Part shown: positions 51,640 through 64,000 of the stretch, in pieces | Numbering within the stretch: the first letter of the stretch is position 1 | How the letters are laid out: every line of letters starts with the position of its first letter | From: Octopus sinensis | Lineage: Eukaryota | Length of the DNA: 64,000 nt | Direction: 5' to 3' | NCBI RefSeq assembly: GCF_006345805.1 | Contig: NC_042997.1 | Location: 168,888,001 to 168,952,000, forward strand | Translations under genes and position numbers: made by a program | Notes under the pieces: generated by a model | Databases searched by the model: none | Seen by the model: only the letters and a program-made list of their open reading frames with translations | What the model was told of the DNA's origin: nothing

Positions 51640-52100
51640 AACTCAGAATCAAGAGATATCTATTGCTTCCAGCCGCTTCTGTTGTCCTGTCCTTAGCATT
51701 TCGAACGTGAAGAAACCACAAAATTTTGAACGTAATCAGATGAAGGGTCAAAACTATTGCTCTCTTTAAATACAGATCAACAGACAAATGACCATCGGTT
51801 TCTTTTATATTATCCAGACAAGTATCTGTGTCTATTTTTAGCAATTTGACTCGAGGGAGGTTTGGTGGTTACTTCTTGTAGATTGCACGACCGCGTAGAG
51901 TTTTCTCATTGGCTCATCGCTAGTGTGGTTTTCTAAGCAGGCGTACTTATATAAAAACGAGTTTATATTTTTGCGAGAATGTGGTAATATATATATAGCT
52001 ATTTTTAAATCTTGGAGAAGTACTTTTCTTTCGGCAATCAGAAATTTGCTATTCTGTTTTCTAACTCCCGTGTTTATATAATGAAACACTGCGAATTTAT
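51640..52100 (-). mobile_element. Possible PLE reverse transcriptase C-terminal remnant
   Basis: TCLDNIKETDGHLSVDLYLK resembles the PLE FLD..I...DG.L.TD.Y.K motif; upstream similarity weak. Confidence 0.35.
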
Positions 52101-53099
52101 ACAAACAGTGCGTTGAAAACAAATTGAAAAGTAGCATTTGAGAACATTAGATAAACAGAAATCTAATTGCGACACGACTAAATTGCAATCTTCTTTTTAT
52201 TTTTTCTTGTGAATTTCTCAACAAATTTTCACTGAATTATTTTTTCTTTTTAGCTTCTTCCCAGGAATCTGCAGTAAAATGAAACACAAACGTTGTCTTG
52301 ATTGTCACATTTACTGTTTCAAATTTAGATTATTTTTATTTTTTAGCGTTACATTCTAAGATGAAGGACATTTCCCATTATCCATGGGGAGGCCATTGGA
52401 TAAGAGTGTCAGCTGTCAGCAACACACCATTGGGATGGTAGAGATTGCTTGACAGCTGTCAGTAGTTTAGATTGTCACCTCCGAGCTTAAGCTCCTCCAT
52501 ATGTAAACATTTATTATTCCCAATCTACTGGAAATTCAGTAGAAGAACCAGAAGTAGGTTGTAAAATTGATCAGATTTCTGCTAATCTTCTTATATTTAT
52601 CTTTGGAATAAGACTATTTCTCATATATTTGTTGGAGCATTGTGACTCAAAGTAGCCAGATTGTGATTAAAGACATAATACAAAGAATTAATCGAAGTAT
52701 ATATTAGCACTTCGTAAAGCTACGCAGTAACGTTTAAATAACAAAAGCTATCCTTCAATGCCAAGAAAGTTTTATTTAATTGATTTACCTTTTATTATAT
52801 CTTCAACGAAGGTGAAGAGTTGGCAGAATCGAGCAATCGACTAGCCTCCACTACCAACATTTCAGGCCTTGTGCCTATATTAGAAATAATTTTCATCTTT
52901 AACTATCTTCCCCAAAACCCAAACTCGACTAACCCTACCAAGAGGACTTAATAGCACTTACTCTTCTTAGTATGGATTTTATTTTTTTATTTATTTTTAT
53001 CCCACCTCTAATTTTTTAAAATTACTATTTTGATAGATTTCGAAATTCTGTTTCGAATATCAGTAATAAAGAATCTGCAAAAAACCTAATCATAATCTT

Positions 53100-53640
53100 T
53101 CAGTTTTTGGTACAAGGCCTGAAATTTGGTAGGAGGGTTGTAGTTGATGACATTGAGCCCAATGTTTCATTGGTATTTATTTTATCGACTCCGAGAAGAT
53201 GAAAGGCAAAGTCGACCTCGGCGGAGTTTGAACACAAACCGTAAATATGGTTGAAATGCCGCTAAGCATTTTACCCAGCGTGCTAACGGTTCTGCCAGCT
53301 CGGAGCCTTATTAATAATAATCCTTTCTTCTATAGGCACAAGGCCTGAAATTTTAAGGGAAGGGGAAAGAAGATCACATTGACCGCAGTATTTGACTGGT
53401 ACTTAATTTATCGATGCCGAAAGAATGAAAGGCAAATTCAACTTTGGTGGAATTTGAACTCAAAACGCAAAGGCGGACAAAATGCCACTAAGCATTTTGC
53501 CGGCGTGTTAACGATTCTGTCAGTTTGGCAAAAAGAACGATAGAATAAGTACTAGGCTTAAAAAGAATAATCCTGGGGTCGATTAGTTCGACTAAAGGCG
53601 GTGCTCCAGTCAAATGACTGAAACAAGTAAAAGAATAAAA

Positions 53641-53645
<5 letters not shown>
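53100..53645. mobile_element. Two SINE-B2 copies (minus) and a SINE-A 3' fragment (plus)
   Basis: Family motifs as above. Confidence 0.8.
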
Positions 53646-53697
<52 letters not shown>

Positions 53698-53699
53698 TA

Positions 53700-54053
53700 A
53701 GAAGTTTGAAAACGCCACTATATAAGATAAATTTTCATTTTCAGAGAGATTTTACATGTTTCAGCTCTTCTTGAAAAAACGAACCTTATCAAAAATATAT
53801 ATTTTTAAAAGTTATATTACAGCCAACGATTCTAGTCAACGCACAAGGCAGCCATTATGTTCCCACACACAAAACACCACCACGTGAACTCTGTTGTGAC
53901 TAGTAAGAAATAGTTATGAACTTTTGTTTTATTACACTTAACTTTTAAAAATATATATTTTTGAGAAGGTTCGTTTTTTCAAGAAGAACCGAAACATGTA
54001 AAATCTCTCAGAAAATTAAAATTTATCTTATATAGTGGCGCTTTCAAACTTCT
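53700..54053. mobile_element. Foldback element, about 115-bp inverted arms, each carrying a hammerhead-like motif
   Basis: Arms 53700-53814 and 53939-54053; right arm ATTT-TTGAGAA-GGTTC-N13-GAACC-GAA-ACATGT-A-AAAT (53957-54004). Confidence 0.8.
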
Positions 54054-54092
54054 CTTTTATAAATATATACCCACTCGTATGCCACCTACACG

Positions 54093-54165
<73 letters not shown>

Positions 54166-54448
54166 GGTATTGACAAGTCATAAAAACGGAACATCGATGT
54201 CTATCGTGCCTGAATGGGACAGGATGCGAGTTATCTTTGATTGTCTATGACTTTCAGCGAATTGATGAGAATATATTCTCTTGCAGCCTACCCACGAACT
54301 TGCAAAACACATACCTTGTGTATGTGTGTTCGATATTGTTTTCATACATGCATGCATGCATGCATACATACATACATACATACATACATACATACATACA
54401 TACATACATACATACATACATACTTACTTACGTACATACATGTATATA

Positions 54449-54650
54449 TATGGGGAGAGTTCACAAAAAAAACCAACAAAAGACGAAGACAGGTTGTGTA
54501 TAAAACAAACAGATGTATTAGTATAACGCTCAGGAAATTGAAAAAGTCTTTTACGTTTCGAGCCTACGCTCTTCTATAGAAAGGGACACAGAAAAAAAAC
54601 ATGGAGAGAAATAAGGAGAGAAAAAATGCGTGTAGTGGCTACCGATCTAT
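54449..54650 (-). mobile_element. PLE-terminal-like repeat TR1, copy 3
   Basis: CTTT-CTATAGA-A-GAGC-GTAG-GCTC-GAAAC-GT-A-AAAG at about 54547-54584. Confidence 0.6.
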
Positions 54651-55150
54651 CTACGTATCTATGTATGTATAATTAATACAATATCAAATTACAGTAAATT
54701 CAGAACGGTTGTATAAATATATCTCATACGATAGACGATGAGATAGTTAAAGAAAAATCAAACATATACAAAAACAAAAATAAGTAAAATATAAAATAAA
54801 TATGTGTATTTTATTCCGGATAGAAAATTTCTTCAGGTAGCCATAGGCATATAAATATATACATCAGTGTAATAAGCAGGTAATGGAGAGTACATTTTGT
54901 TGAAAATTACAGAGGTTTTAACATAGAGATTAGAGATTATTGTAAACTGTTGAACTGTCGTGATTTTAAAATAGCACGTTCTGATTATGGAAGTTAACAT
55001 TGAAACTGCTTAATCTAAAGTTAAAACAAATAGGGGCTATCATAATATATTCTTTCTCCCCTTAAATCAATTTTAAACACATATAGGTACATGTAGGTAT
55101 ATGCATACATAGATGTGTGTGTGTACGTGTGTGTGTGTGTGTGTGTGTGT

Positions 55151-55855
55151 AAGTCTACACCTCTGAAGTCTACAATTTTAACCAAACAATGTCAGGGACC
55201 TATCCATGAAATGGATAAATTGTTATTCATGTGGATGGAAGTTTAATACAAAAAAAAAAAAAAAACAGCCATGAGCTTTCTCACAGTGCAAACAAAGGCT
55301 AGAAGTCTGTTTCAGACTTTAAAATCACGCTCCGGAGACAATTACGCACAAGATTTTCAGGCTAATAGTGGGTGGTTTCTGTGTGTTTTTAAAGAAAGAT
55401 TTGCTTTGTATAATGTACGTATCACAGGAAAAGCAGGAAGTGCAGATGATGATGGAACCCCAAAATGCGTTGATAGTTTTGACGAATTAATTGAAGAAGA
55501 AGGTTATCTACCAGAAACAAATATTCAACATAGATGAAACCGGCTTACTATGGAAATGAATGCTTACTCACACGTACATAGTCCACGAAGAGAATAGGAT
55601 GCCAGAATTCAAAGCGTTTAAGGATAGGTTAACTTAGTTGCTTGGTGGTAATGCTGCGGATTTTAAGCTGAAGTCTTTTCTAATCTATCATTCAGAAAAC
55701 TCTCGTGCATTTAAGAATATCAACACGCATACACTGCCCGTTTACTACCGTTCAAACCGTAAAGTTTGGTCGACACAGGCACTGTTCGAAGACTGGTTCA
55801 TGAACTGCTTCATTCCCCAGGCATGGGAATATTGTGCAGTGAGAGGTATCCATTT
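55151..55855 (+). mobile_element. Tigger/pogo transposase remnant (CENP-B-type HTH plus start of DDE)
   Basis: FQANSGWF...KERF.LYNVRITGKAGSAD...EEGYLP.QIFNIDETGLLWK...KAFKDRLT*LLGGNAADFKLK.FLIYHSEN.RAFKN...LPVYYRSNRK.W, with stops and frameshifts. Confidence 0.93.
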
Positions 55856-56174
55856 AACTGATTATGGACAAAACATTAATTTTAGATTGTATTTTTGAAT
55901 GCAGTACATTAGAGTACATATGTATTTTTCACATTACATACAAGAATTATGGATTAAATTTCTTTCTAATTTTATAACCCGTTTGAATGAAAATAGTGTT
56001 AAAAAATATAAATCCAACATACGACATACTTATCAGTCGGAACGGAACTCGGTCGTAAGTCGAGGAGATGTGGGGGAGTATGTATGATGTATGTATGTAT
56101 GTATGTATGTATGTATGTATGTATGTATGTATGTATGTATGTATGTATGTATGTATGTTGTATTTGTATACATA

Positions 56175-56855
56175 TATATCGTATCTGTGGGCGTATCATG
56201 CATAAGACACACTCTTGCGTAAGATGCACCAGACGTTTCCAAGATGGCCGAAAAATGTTGGTATCGACGAACGTTCTGGGAGACCCGCAACTAGCAGAAC
56301 TGAGAAAACATCGCAGATGTGTGTGCAACTGTGAGAGGAAATCGTCGAATCACCATCCGTGAGTTATCAGAGGATATGCAGTTTAGTTACGGTTCGGTTC
56401 AGTCCATTATCACTGAAGATTCGGGTATGACACGCATGTCTGCCAAATTTGTACCAAAACTGCTTTCAGCTGGCCAAAAAGACACTCGGGTTTCAGCTGC
56501 ACAAAATCTCCTTGATAATATTGAGAACGATAAAACGTTTTGAAATTTTTGCGTAGGCCTCTGGGCAGGTATCGCCAAGCTTTTGGCAAAATTTGATGCA
56601 GATTCTCTTATTTCTTTATTCACCATACAGTGAACTTACTGCTCAACTTACTCTGTTATAGTTAGTGTGACGATCACACGCTACACACCTTCCTTCTAAA
56701 CACTGCTGTAAACAGTAGAAGTCAACTAGAGTGTGAAAACTTAGTGCGCATGCACAGCAGAGTTCAAGGTCAATCTTTGGCAAGGGGCTTTACTCTGCGT
56801 GCTTTAGCTTCGTTACTATGGCAACAGTACGGATATTTATTGATCAGACCAGGTA
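56175..56855. mobile_element. mariner transposase remnant with internal inversion
   Basis: Minus strand: TIR TACCTGGTCTGATCAATAAATATCCGTACT and RICIKFCQKLGDTCPEAYAKISK; plus strand: RRFQDGRK...NRRITIRELSED...SYGSVQSIITED.GM.RMSAKFVPKLLS. Confidence 0.88.
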
Positions 56856-57189
56856 TATATACGGACTACTGTATTCGAGTTACACATGATCTACAATTAT
56901 GAGTGCCCGCGTGTGCATGCGTGCGTGATTTTGTGTGTATATGTATGTATGTTTATGCATGTGCGTGCGAGCGTGCGCGCGTGTGTGTGTGTATGTGTGT
57001 GTTAGTGTGTGTGTGTGTGTGTGTGTTAGTGTGTGTGTGTGTGTGTGAATGTGTGTGTGCGTTTCCTATGTACCTATCCATTGAATGCCTATTAGATTCC
57101 CTATGTGAACATGACATCTCCGAACACAAGACCTGAACTTACATCCATCTATTATTATTTACTATTTACTATTATTATATTTATCGTGG

Positions 57190-57239
57190 TTAGTTTTCTC
57201 ATCATCATCATCATCACCATCATCACCACCACCACCATC

Positions 57240-57273
<34 letters not shown>

Positions 57274-57287
57274 CCACCACCATCATT

Positions 57288-57318
<31 letters not shown>

Positions 57319-57403
57319 ACATCGTCGACGTCGTCACCATCACCATCATCATTAACAACATTACCATTATTGTTGTTATTGTTTTTGCTGCTGCTGTTGT
57401 TAC

Positions 57404-57453
<50 letters not shown>

Positions 57454-57465
57454 ATTATTATTATG
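57190..57465. repeat. Compound (CAT/CAC)n-(ATT)n trinucleotide tract
   Basis: Direct reading; source of poly-I, poly-M and poly-D/N ORFs. Confidence 0.95.
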
Positions 57466-58094
57466 CATAACTTCATTTATAATCTATATATGTTTGCATT
57501 CAAACAACCGTTCATATGCTAGCCCATCTGAACTTACACACAAGTGGACGAAAAAAAGAAAAAAGAAAAGCATACGTATTGAAAGGAGCATACACACACA
57601 CACACACACACACACCACACAAAGAAACAAACACATACACCTTTGTGTACACACACATACACAAAAGCTTATACATTTAATTCCGCGGGGTGGGTGGATG
57701 GAGGTTTGAAGAGCAAAGGAAACAAGCGAGACACGTTGGCGTTAGTCAATGACTGGCTGTATCGGTGACTAGTAATGTATTCGATAGGTCGGTGGGGAAC
57801 AGAAACGAAGATACGTGGCGTCATTCTTACAGAGTTGACGTTTTTACCTTCATAGTGGCACCAACAGAAAATAGTAGAGTTGCAGCAAGACAATATCTAT
57901 TTATCTATCTATCTATTTGATAATGGTGGTTGTGGTGGTGGTGGTGGTGGGGGGGGGGAGAAATGCGCACGTAAAATCGCGCGCATTCACTCATGACACA
58001 AATGGATATTTAAAGAAGCACACATCTACATACGCACACAGTAATGCAAATAATATACGTGCGCAATATTATATATATATATAGATATATATAT

Positions 58095-58151
<57 letters not shown>

Positions 58152-58155
<4 letters not shown>

Positions 58156-58315
58156 CCCTTTTATATAATGTAATAATTTGAATTCGCCTTAAATGGTCCC
58201 TTTGCATAGAATACTTGGTGAAATTGATTAATTAATTAATTTTACCCTCAATTGTTGAAATTATAATATAATATATATATATATTTATATATTATATATA
58301 CTTATATATATTATA

Positions 58316-58357
<42 letters not shown>

Positions 58358-58563
58358 AGGGCTTAGTAAAATAAATTACTTTGCCACATACTGAACTCAT
58401 TAGAAATAGCAGCTAATGAGTTCAGTATGTGGCAAAGTAATTTATTTTACTAAGCCCTTATATATAATGTAATATTTTGAATTCGCCTATAATGGTCCCT
58501 TTACATACTGAACACTTGGTGAAATGATTAATAATATATTAATTTTACCCTCAATTGTTGAAA
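58152..58563. repeat. About 110-bp direct repeat plus perfect 52-bp-arm palindrome, embedded in (TA)n
   Basis: Direct repeats at 58152 and 58451; arms 58352-58403 and 58413-58464, 9-nt loop. Confidence 0.92.
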
Positions 58564-58587
58564 TATATATATATATATATATATATA

Positions 58588-58627
<40 letters not shown>

Positions 58628-59595
58628 GCATTGGTGTGTGAGTTTTTACACAAATACAAAGACATACACGTAAACATTATATATATATGTGTGTGTGTGT
58701 GTGTGCGTGCGTATGTGGTGTGTGTGTATGTGTGAGTGTGTGAGTGTGTATGTTTATATGTATGTATGTATATAGTGTGAGTACGTGTATGTGTGTGCAC
58801 ATAAGACATATATATAATTATAATATATATATACGTATGTATATATATATATTATATATATATATATATATATAATATATGTGTGTGTGTGTGTGTGTAT
58901 ATATATACGCATATATGTACATATATATATATATATATATATATACTTACATACTTATATATATATATATACTTATATACTTATATATATATATATACAT
59001 ATTTATATATACACATACATATGTATAGTTGCACATATTTGTATAATATTTATACACACACACACATATATATATACATAAATATATGTATGTATTTATG
59101 TATGCATGTACGTATGTATGTGTGTATGTATGTATATATCTGTGTGGATCTGTATGTGTACAAAGAACACGCACATATACGCATGCGCTTCAATCTGTAT
59201 ACAAACACGTGCCCACCCAAAACATACGTATATACATCCATACATATGCGTATATATGTGTATATATAGATATATATATACACATATAGTGGAGAGGACA
59301 GTCCAAGGAAAAAGAGAGAGAAAGAAGGAAGGAGAGAACAGAGAGAAAGAGAAAGATATAATGAAATTGAAGATATTTTATTGAAACAACTTTGTTGCTT
59401 GCTCCTACATACACACACATACACACACACATGCATACTCACACACATACGTACTCATGCATACTCACACATATACACACATGCGCGCACGCGCACACAC
59501 AGATAACGATATAGTGTGCCTGGGTATATCCCATTTTATCTCATAGTTGTTATATATACTTATATGCATATATAGAAATATGCATGTATGTGTGA

Positions 59596-59627
<32 letters not shown>

Positions 59628-59659
59628 AGAGAGAGAAAAGAGAGAGAAGAGAAGGGAGA

Positions 59660-59699
59660 AATAGCTATCTATCTATCTATCTATCTATTTATCTATCAT

Positions 59700-59754
<55 letters not shown>

Positions 59755-59782
59755 TATAGATAGATAGATAGATAGATAGATG

Positions 59783-59852
<70 letters not shown>
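59660..59852. repeat. (CTAT)n/(GATA)n microsatellite
   Basis: Direct reading. Confidence 0.95.
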
Positions 59853-59854
<2 letters not shown>

Positions 59855-60545
59855 AATCCAGGGATATTTCGAGTATTCTGCGTCAGCGTGGTAAGTATCA
59901 CGCGCAAATAAAGCAAAAGAAACAACGTGACAGAAAAATGAACAAGAATACAGAATACATATATAGTTATGCTGTGATGAAAGAACGAGTCTGTACCGTT
60001 GTTTGTTGTACTGTTTGGTTTGTCAGGTTTATTAATTGTCGTGGCCTACGCTTCTGCAATTCGAACGCCTGAGCAAGGATTTGTGTGTGCGCGCTGATGT
60101 CTGTGTCTGTGTGCGTGTGAGATAAATAGCTGTGCATGCATGCATTTCTTTCCCCTCCACAACGACGTTGTCCATTGTAAAGAAAAGGCTGAATTATCCT
60201 TTCGTCAGCGTTGTTGTCAGAAGGTAATTATTCGGTAAGGACACTGATAAGGCATTTAGACGCTTGCTTTAATGATTCCGAGAATCCATCATTCTGGACT
60301 GGTATTTTATTTATCAACCTCGAAAGAATAAAAGTTAAAGTTGACCGAGATGGAATTTGAAGTAAGCGTGGGAGAGAAAACGGGGATGTTAGGGGTAGAT
60401 TTTAAATTCATGTCTGGTCGTGTATGTGCACGTGCGTGTATAGACTTGTAGTTGGGTGTGGAAAATCTTATCATTAATTTTTCACATTACAGCTGAGGGG
60501 AATCATCTATGGGGAATGCCAACGCTTATATTTATGGTGCAGTCA

Positions 60546-61670
60546 GCTAGTTTGCTAATGTATATCAGCGCTCATGAGGGAGTAAGAAAAACAAAACCTC
60601 ATTTGTGAGGCATTAGGGTGAAGAGAGCTTTCCAATAGGATTCGGATCTTTTCGGTTTGAACGGCAGTTTTTTCTAGCGGTGTCATATGAAATTGTCACC
60701 CATAATTATAACCCTAGAATCGATCTATTGCATTTCAATCTCTTTTAGGATTAGGGTTAGTTTGGGTTAGGATTAGGGTTAGGGTTAGGGGTGGGGGAAG
60801 GGTATCTTTTTTTCTTCACAAATGTAAATAAACCCAATCTGTTTCTTAAACGAGGGACATATTCATACGGCACAGAATGCTTTTTAACTCAATAGACGTC
60901 ACTGATGGTTGAAATTTGCAGAAATTGAAGGAAAAAAACAATTAATATCTTACAAACTATAGGATTTTCTCAGTAAAAAGCCAAGAGAAAAAGATGTTTT
61001 ATAAACACATACTACCAGTATACGAAGTTTAAAATTTTTTAGTTACCTAGAAATTATGTTAAAAACTACCGTTCAAACCGAAAAGATCCTAGGATTCTTC
61101 TCTCAGCCAGTTTTCAATATGATTCTTTTCTTTTCTATGGTAAAAGTAATGTTTGAACATTTTTATAATCTTCCACTTGATGACGCAATGCGCTGCCAAT
61201 TCCTACAATATCCCATACATATCTCGCTCGAATTGTAATATTACGTCTCTTTTGCATTTTAAACGAGGACTTGTGATTGGTGCATCTGTTTCTGAAGAGA
61301 TCTGTTGCACCCACATATTTCAGTACGTTCGTCGCACCATTGGGATCACTCGACACCACCTCCGCTTCATATTTAATGGTTTCTGAATTCCATTGTCCAT
61401 TTAGCGGGCATGTGGCATTGCCGATGTATGAATAGCCTGCCTCTGTTCTAGGTTTGGACGTACTCATCAATATTGTCTTTATATTGGGTGCGCAGCTAAA
61501 TGAGAACCTCAACGACTTCACGTATCTCTGTGTATCGGAGCAGTGCTTATCGACACAACTAAGGAAGACCCTACCTGCGCAAGTTTTTACCGTAAGAGAA
61601 AATGGAGATGTAAACCATGTAACCTTAGAGTAGCGTTTTCTCTTGGAGGGGTATATAACTAGTCTTATCC
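60546..61670 (-). mobile_element. Penelope-like element 3' fragment (GIY-YIG endonuclease region), split by MITE D
   Basis: KRKRYSKVTWFTSPFS..VKT..G..FL..VDKH...FSFSCAPNIKTI...CPLNG....KYEAEV....KYVGAT..FRNR..NHKSSF; ORF has frameshifts. Confidence 0.85.
60644..61089. mobile_element. MITE D, copy 2 (opposite orientation)
   Basis: 29-bp TIRs with 1 mismatch; TSD TAGGATTC at 60636-60643 and 61090-61097; internal (TTAGGG)-like run at about 60744-60790. Confidence 0.93.
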
Positions 61671-61809
61671 TTGAAAGTATTGGCGACAAATAGTGTGTGT
61701 GTGTGTATGAGTGTGTGACTGTAAAGATATATATACATATATAAACATAGATACATTCATTACATTCATTACATAGATACATTCATACATACATACATAC
61801 ATACATACA

Positions 61810-61843
<34 letters not shown>

Positions 61844-63221
61844 CATACGTACGTACGTACATACATCCATACATACATACTCTAACACAAACACACAAAT
61901 TTTATTTTTTGTAAACCAACGCAAACTATAACAACGTCAGAAAAGTTCGGGCGGCACAGATAGAAGTGGATCTTGTTTAGAAGTGCTAGAAAGGTGTAGT
62001 CCTCGTTTTGCCAGCTGAGTTGAATATTCTTCACTGAGGAAGTATAAGAAAATCGAAACGTGCGGTGCTTTGCACCACATGGCTTTAAAAATCGGATCGC
62101 TTTAATTATGTTCGACTAGCTAATATCGTTGAAGCTATTTCTCTTGCTTGTTTGAACTTTTTTTTCCCTTTAGCATTTTAAACATTTCCAGTGAATGAAT
62201 GTTTGTCAGATAATCGAAGATTTTTAACTCACCATATGACATGTATGAAATTCTTCTGTATATGTGTTTTCAGAAATACTTTTTATCGGCTCTATAATTG
62301 ATATTCATAATCAACACCTTCCATATCATATATTCCATAACATACATACGTGTATGTGTGTGTGTGTGTTCCTTTTTATATGAGTTATGTATAATAGCAA
62401 TTTAACGTTAAACTGAAATTACCCACCACATTTTAATGGCGTGCTTATTTATTAGCTTTTACAAGGAACAGGTGGAACAGTGGCTTCCAAGTCAGTTTCG
62501 AAGTGCTTGCCGTAATCAAACAACATACATGTGTGTATACAAATATATAGATGAATATAATATACATACAAGCATAAACATACATTCATACATACACATA
62601 CGCACACACACTCACATGCGTGCGCGCGTACATACAAATACTGTTGATTTCTAAATCTTACATTCTAAATTGAATAGGCTTCACTGATGAGATTTAATAA
62701 GACCAGATCGTGTCCGTTGCTTACACTAGTTTGACTTTAGACATATAAACCACACTCCTTTGTATCGTCCTTTTTATCCAAAAATTTCGAGTGGCAGTTT
62801 TTCCCGCCCCTTGTTGCATTTAGATTCTAAATATTCCCGCAAGGAAGTTTGGTTTGCTAACAGTATTGATAATCTCAGTCAACGGAAAATTTTTTTTAAC
62901 TAACTTTATGACAGATTCTAAACCCTACTGCATGTGTATTTAGTATGCAAAACATTTCCTTGAATATTATTTCCTGTGTTATTTACAGACACACACACAA
63001 ACACACACACACATACGTATATACACATACATACATACATACATACATACATACATACATACATACATACATACATACATACATACATACTACATATATA
63101 GACACACACATACATGTACATACCTACATGCATATGTACATATCTACCTAGCTATCCGGCTATCTCCCTATCCTTGTATATATCTTATATATATACATAT
63201 AAGTGTGTGTGTGTGTGTGTA

Positions 63222-63269
<48 letters not shown>

Positions 63270-64000
63270 CATACATGCACACACACACACATCCATATAT
63301 CTATATATCAACAACAATAGTGGTGTGTGTGTATGTATATACAAACGCATCCTCACAAGCTTCATGAGATAAGCATATCCCTACTGCCAGGATATGCACA
63401 CGTGTATATATGTAACGACACGTAAATATATAACGTAAATACAAGAAAATTTGCTGACGCACATCAAACACATACCAATGTATCATATATATAAAATGAG
63501 TCCAATAAGAGCAAAAAATTGTATAACCGTTGTGTTCTGTTAAAAAGAGAATCCTCATGTTCCTGACAGAACCATTCTTCGAAGAATAAAACTAATTTAG
63601 AAAATATTTTCTCATTTTGCATATAAAGATAGCTCCTGTATTGATTTCCTGCATAGACAGAGATGTGCAGGATTAACTCGAGTCTGTATGTCTTATTGTT
63701 CTGCTAAGGACAAAAGGAAAGTTGACTACGGCTGGACTTGAACTCAGAGCATAAAGATACATTATATATATATATATATATATAAACGCGCACGCGTGCA
63801 CACACACATACACACAGTGTTATGGTATATTCTGTTAAGAACATAGTAAAGTACAGTATAAAGCTCATCCACCTTCAGATTTCAGTCTGTGTTATCCTGT
63901 TGTAGTATTATACATACCTCCGGGTTTGGGTTTCTGTCGTGTGTGAATAGATAATTTTCAATTATTGCCTTTGAAACGTGGAGTAGAGGAAACAGGGACA

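Noticed and set aside
57105-57476. Poly-I, poly-M and poly-N/D ORFs
   Set aside because: Compound trinucleotide repeat with no flanking coding context.
62030-62070. CTGAGGA...GAAACGT
   Set aside because: No stem II or stem I pairing; G at the cleavage position.

Overview
AT-rich eukaryotic non-coding DNA. The repeat families look like those of a coleoid cephalopod, most likely Octopus (pattern recognition, not a database match). I find no intact host gene, tRNA, rRNA or CRISPR array. Nearly all listed ORFs are microsatellite read-throughs or decayed transposon pieces. The window is a mosaic of three main tRNA-derived SINE families (called A, B and C here), RTE and CR1 LINE fragments, Penelope-like element (PLE) fragments, Tc1/mariner/Tigger transposase remnants, several MITEs, Helentron-type non-autonomous elements, dense microsatellites and one 100-N gap. 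The most interesting signals are: (1) an apparently intact type I hammerhead ribozyme with a palindromic stem III (minus strand, 36402-36446) in a 351-bp-period non-coding unit ending in a foldback; (2) further hammerhead-like motifs with non-canonical cores, including a U3-A8 variant mirrored in both arms of a foldback at 53700-54053; (3) SINE-B copies repeatedly joined at one exact internal position of other SINE-B copies, giving dimers and two separate 3x184-bp arrays; (4) a GG-terminal MITE with 8-bp TSDs that carries telomere-like (CCCTAA)n. Coordinates were read by eye; edges of decayed elements are approximate.
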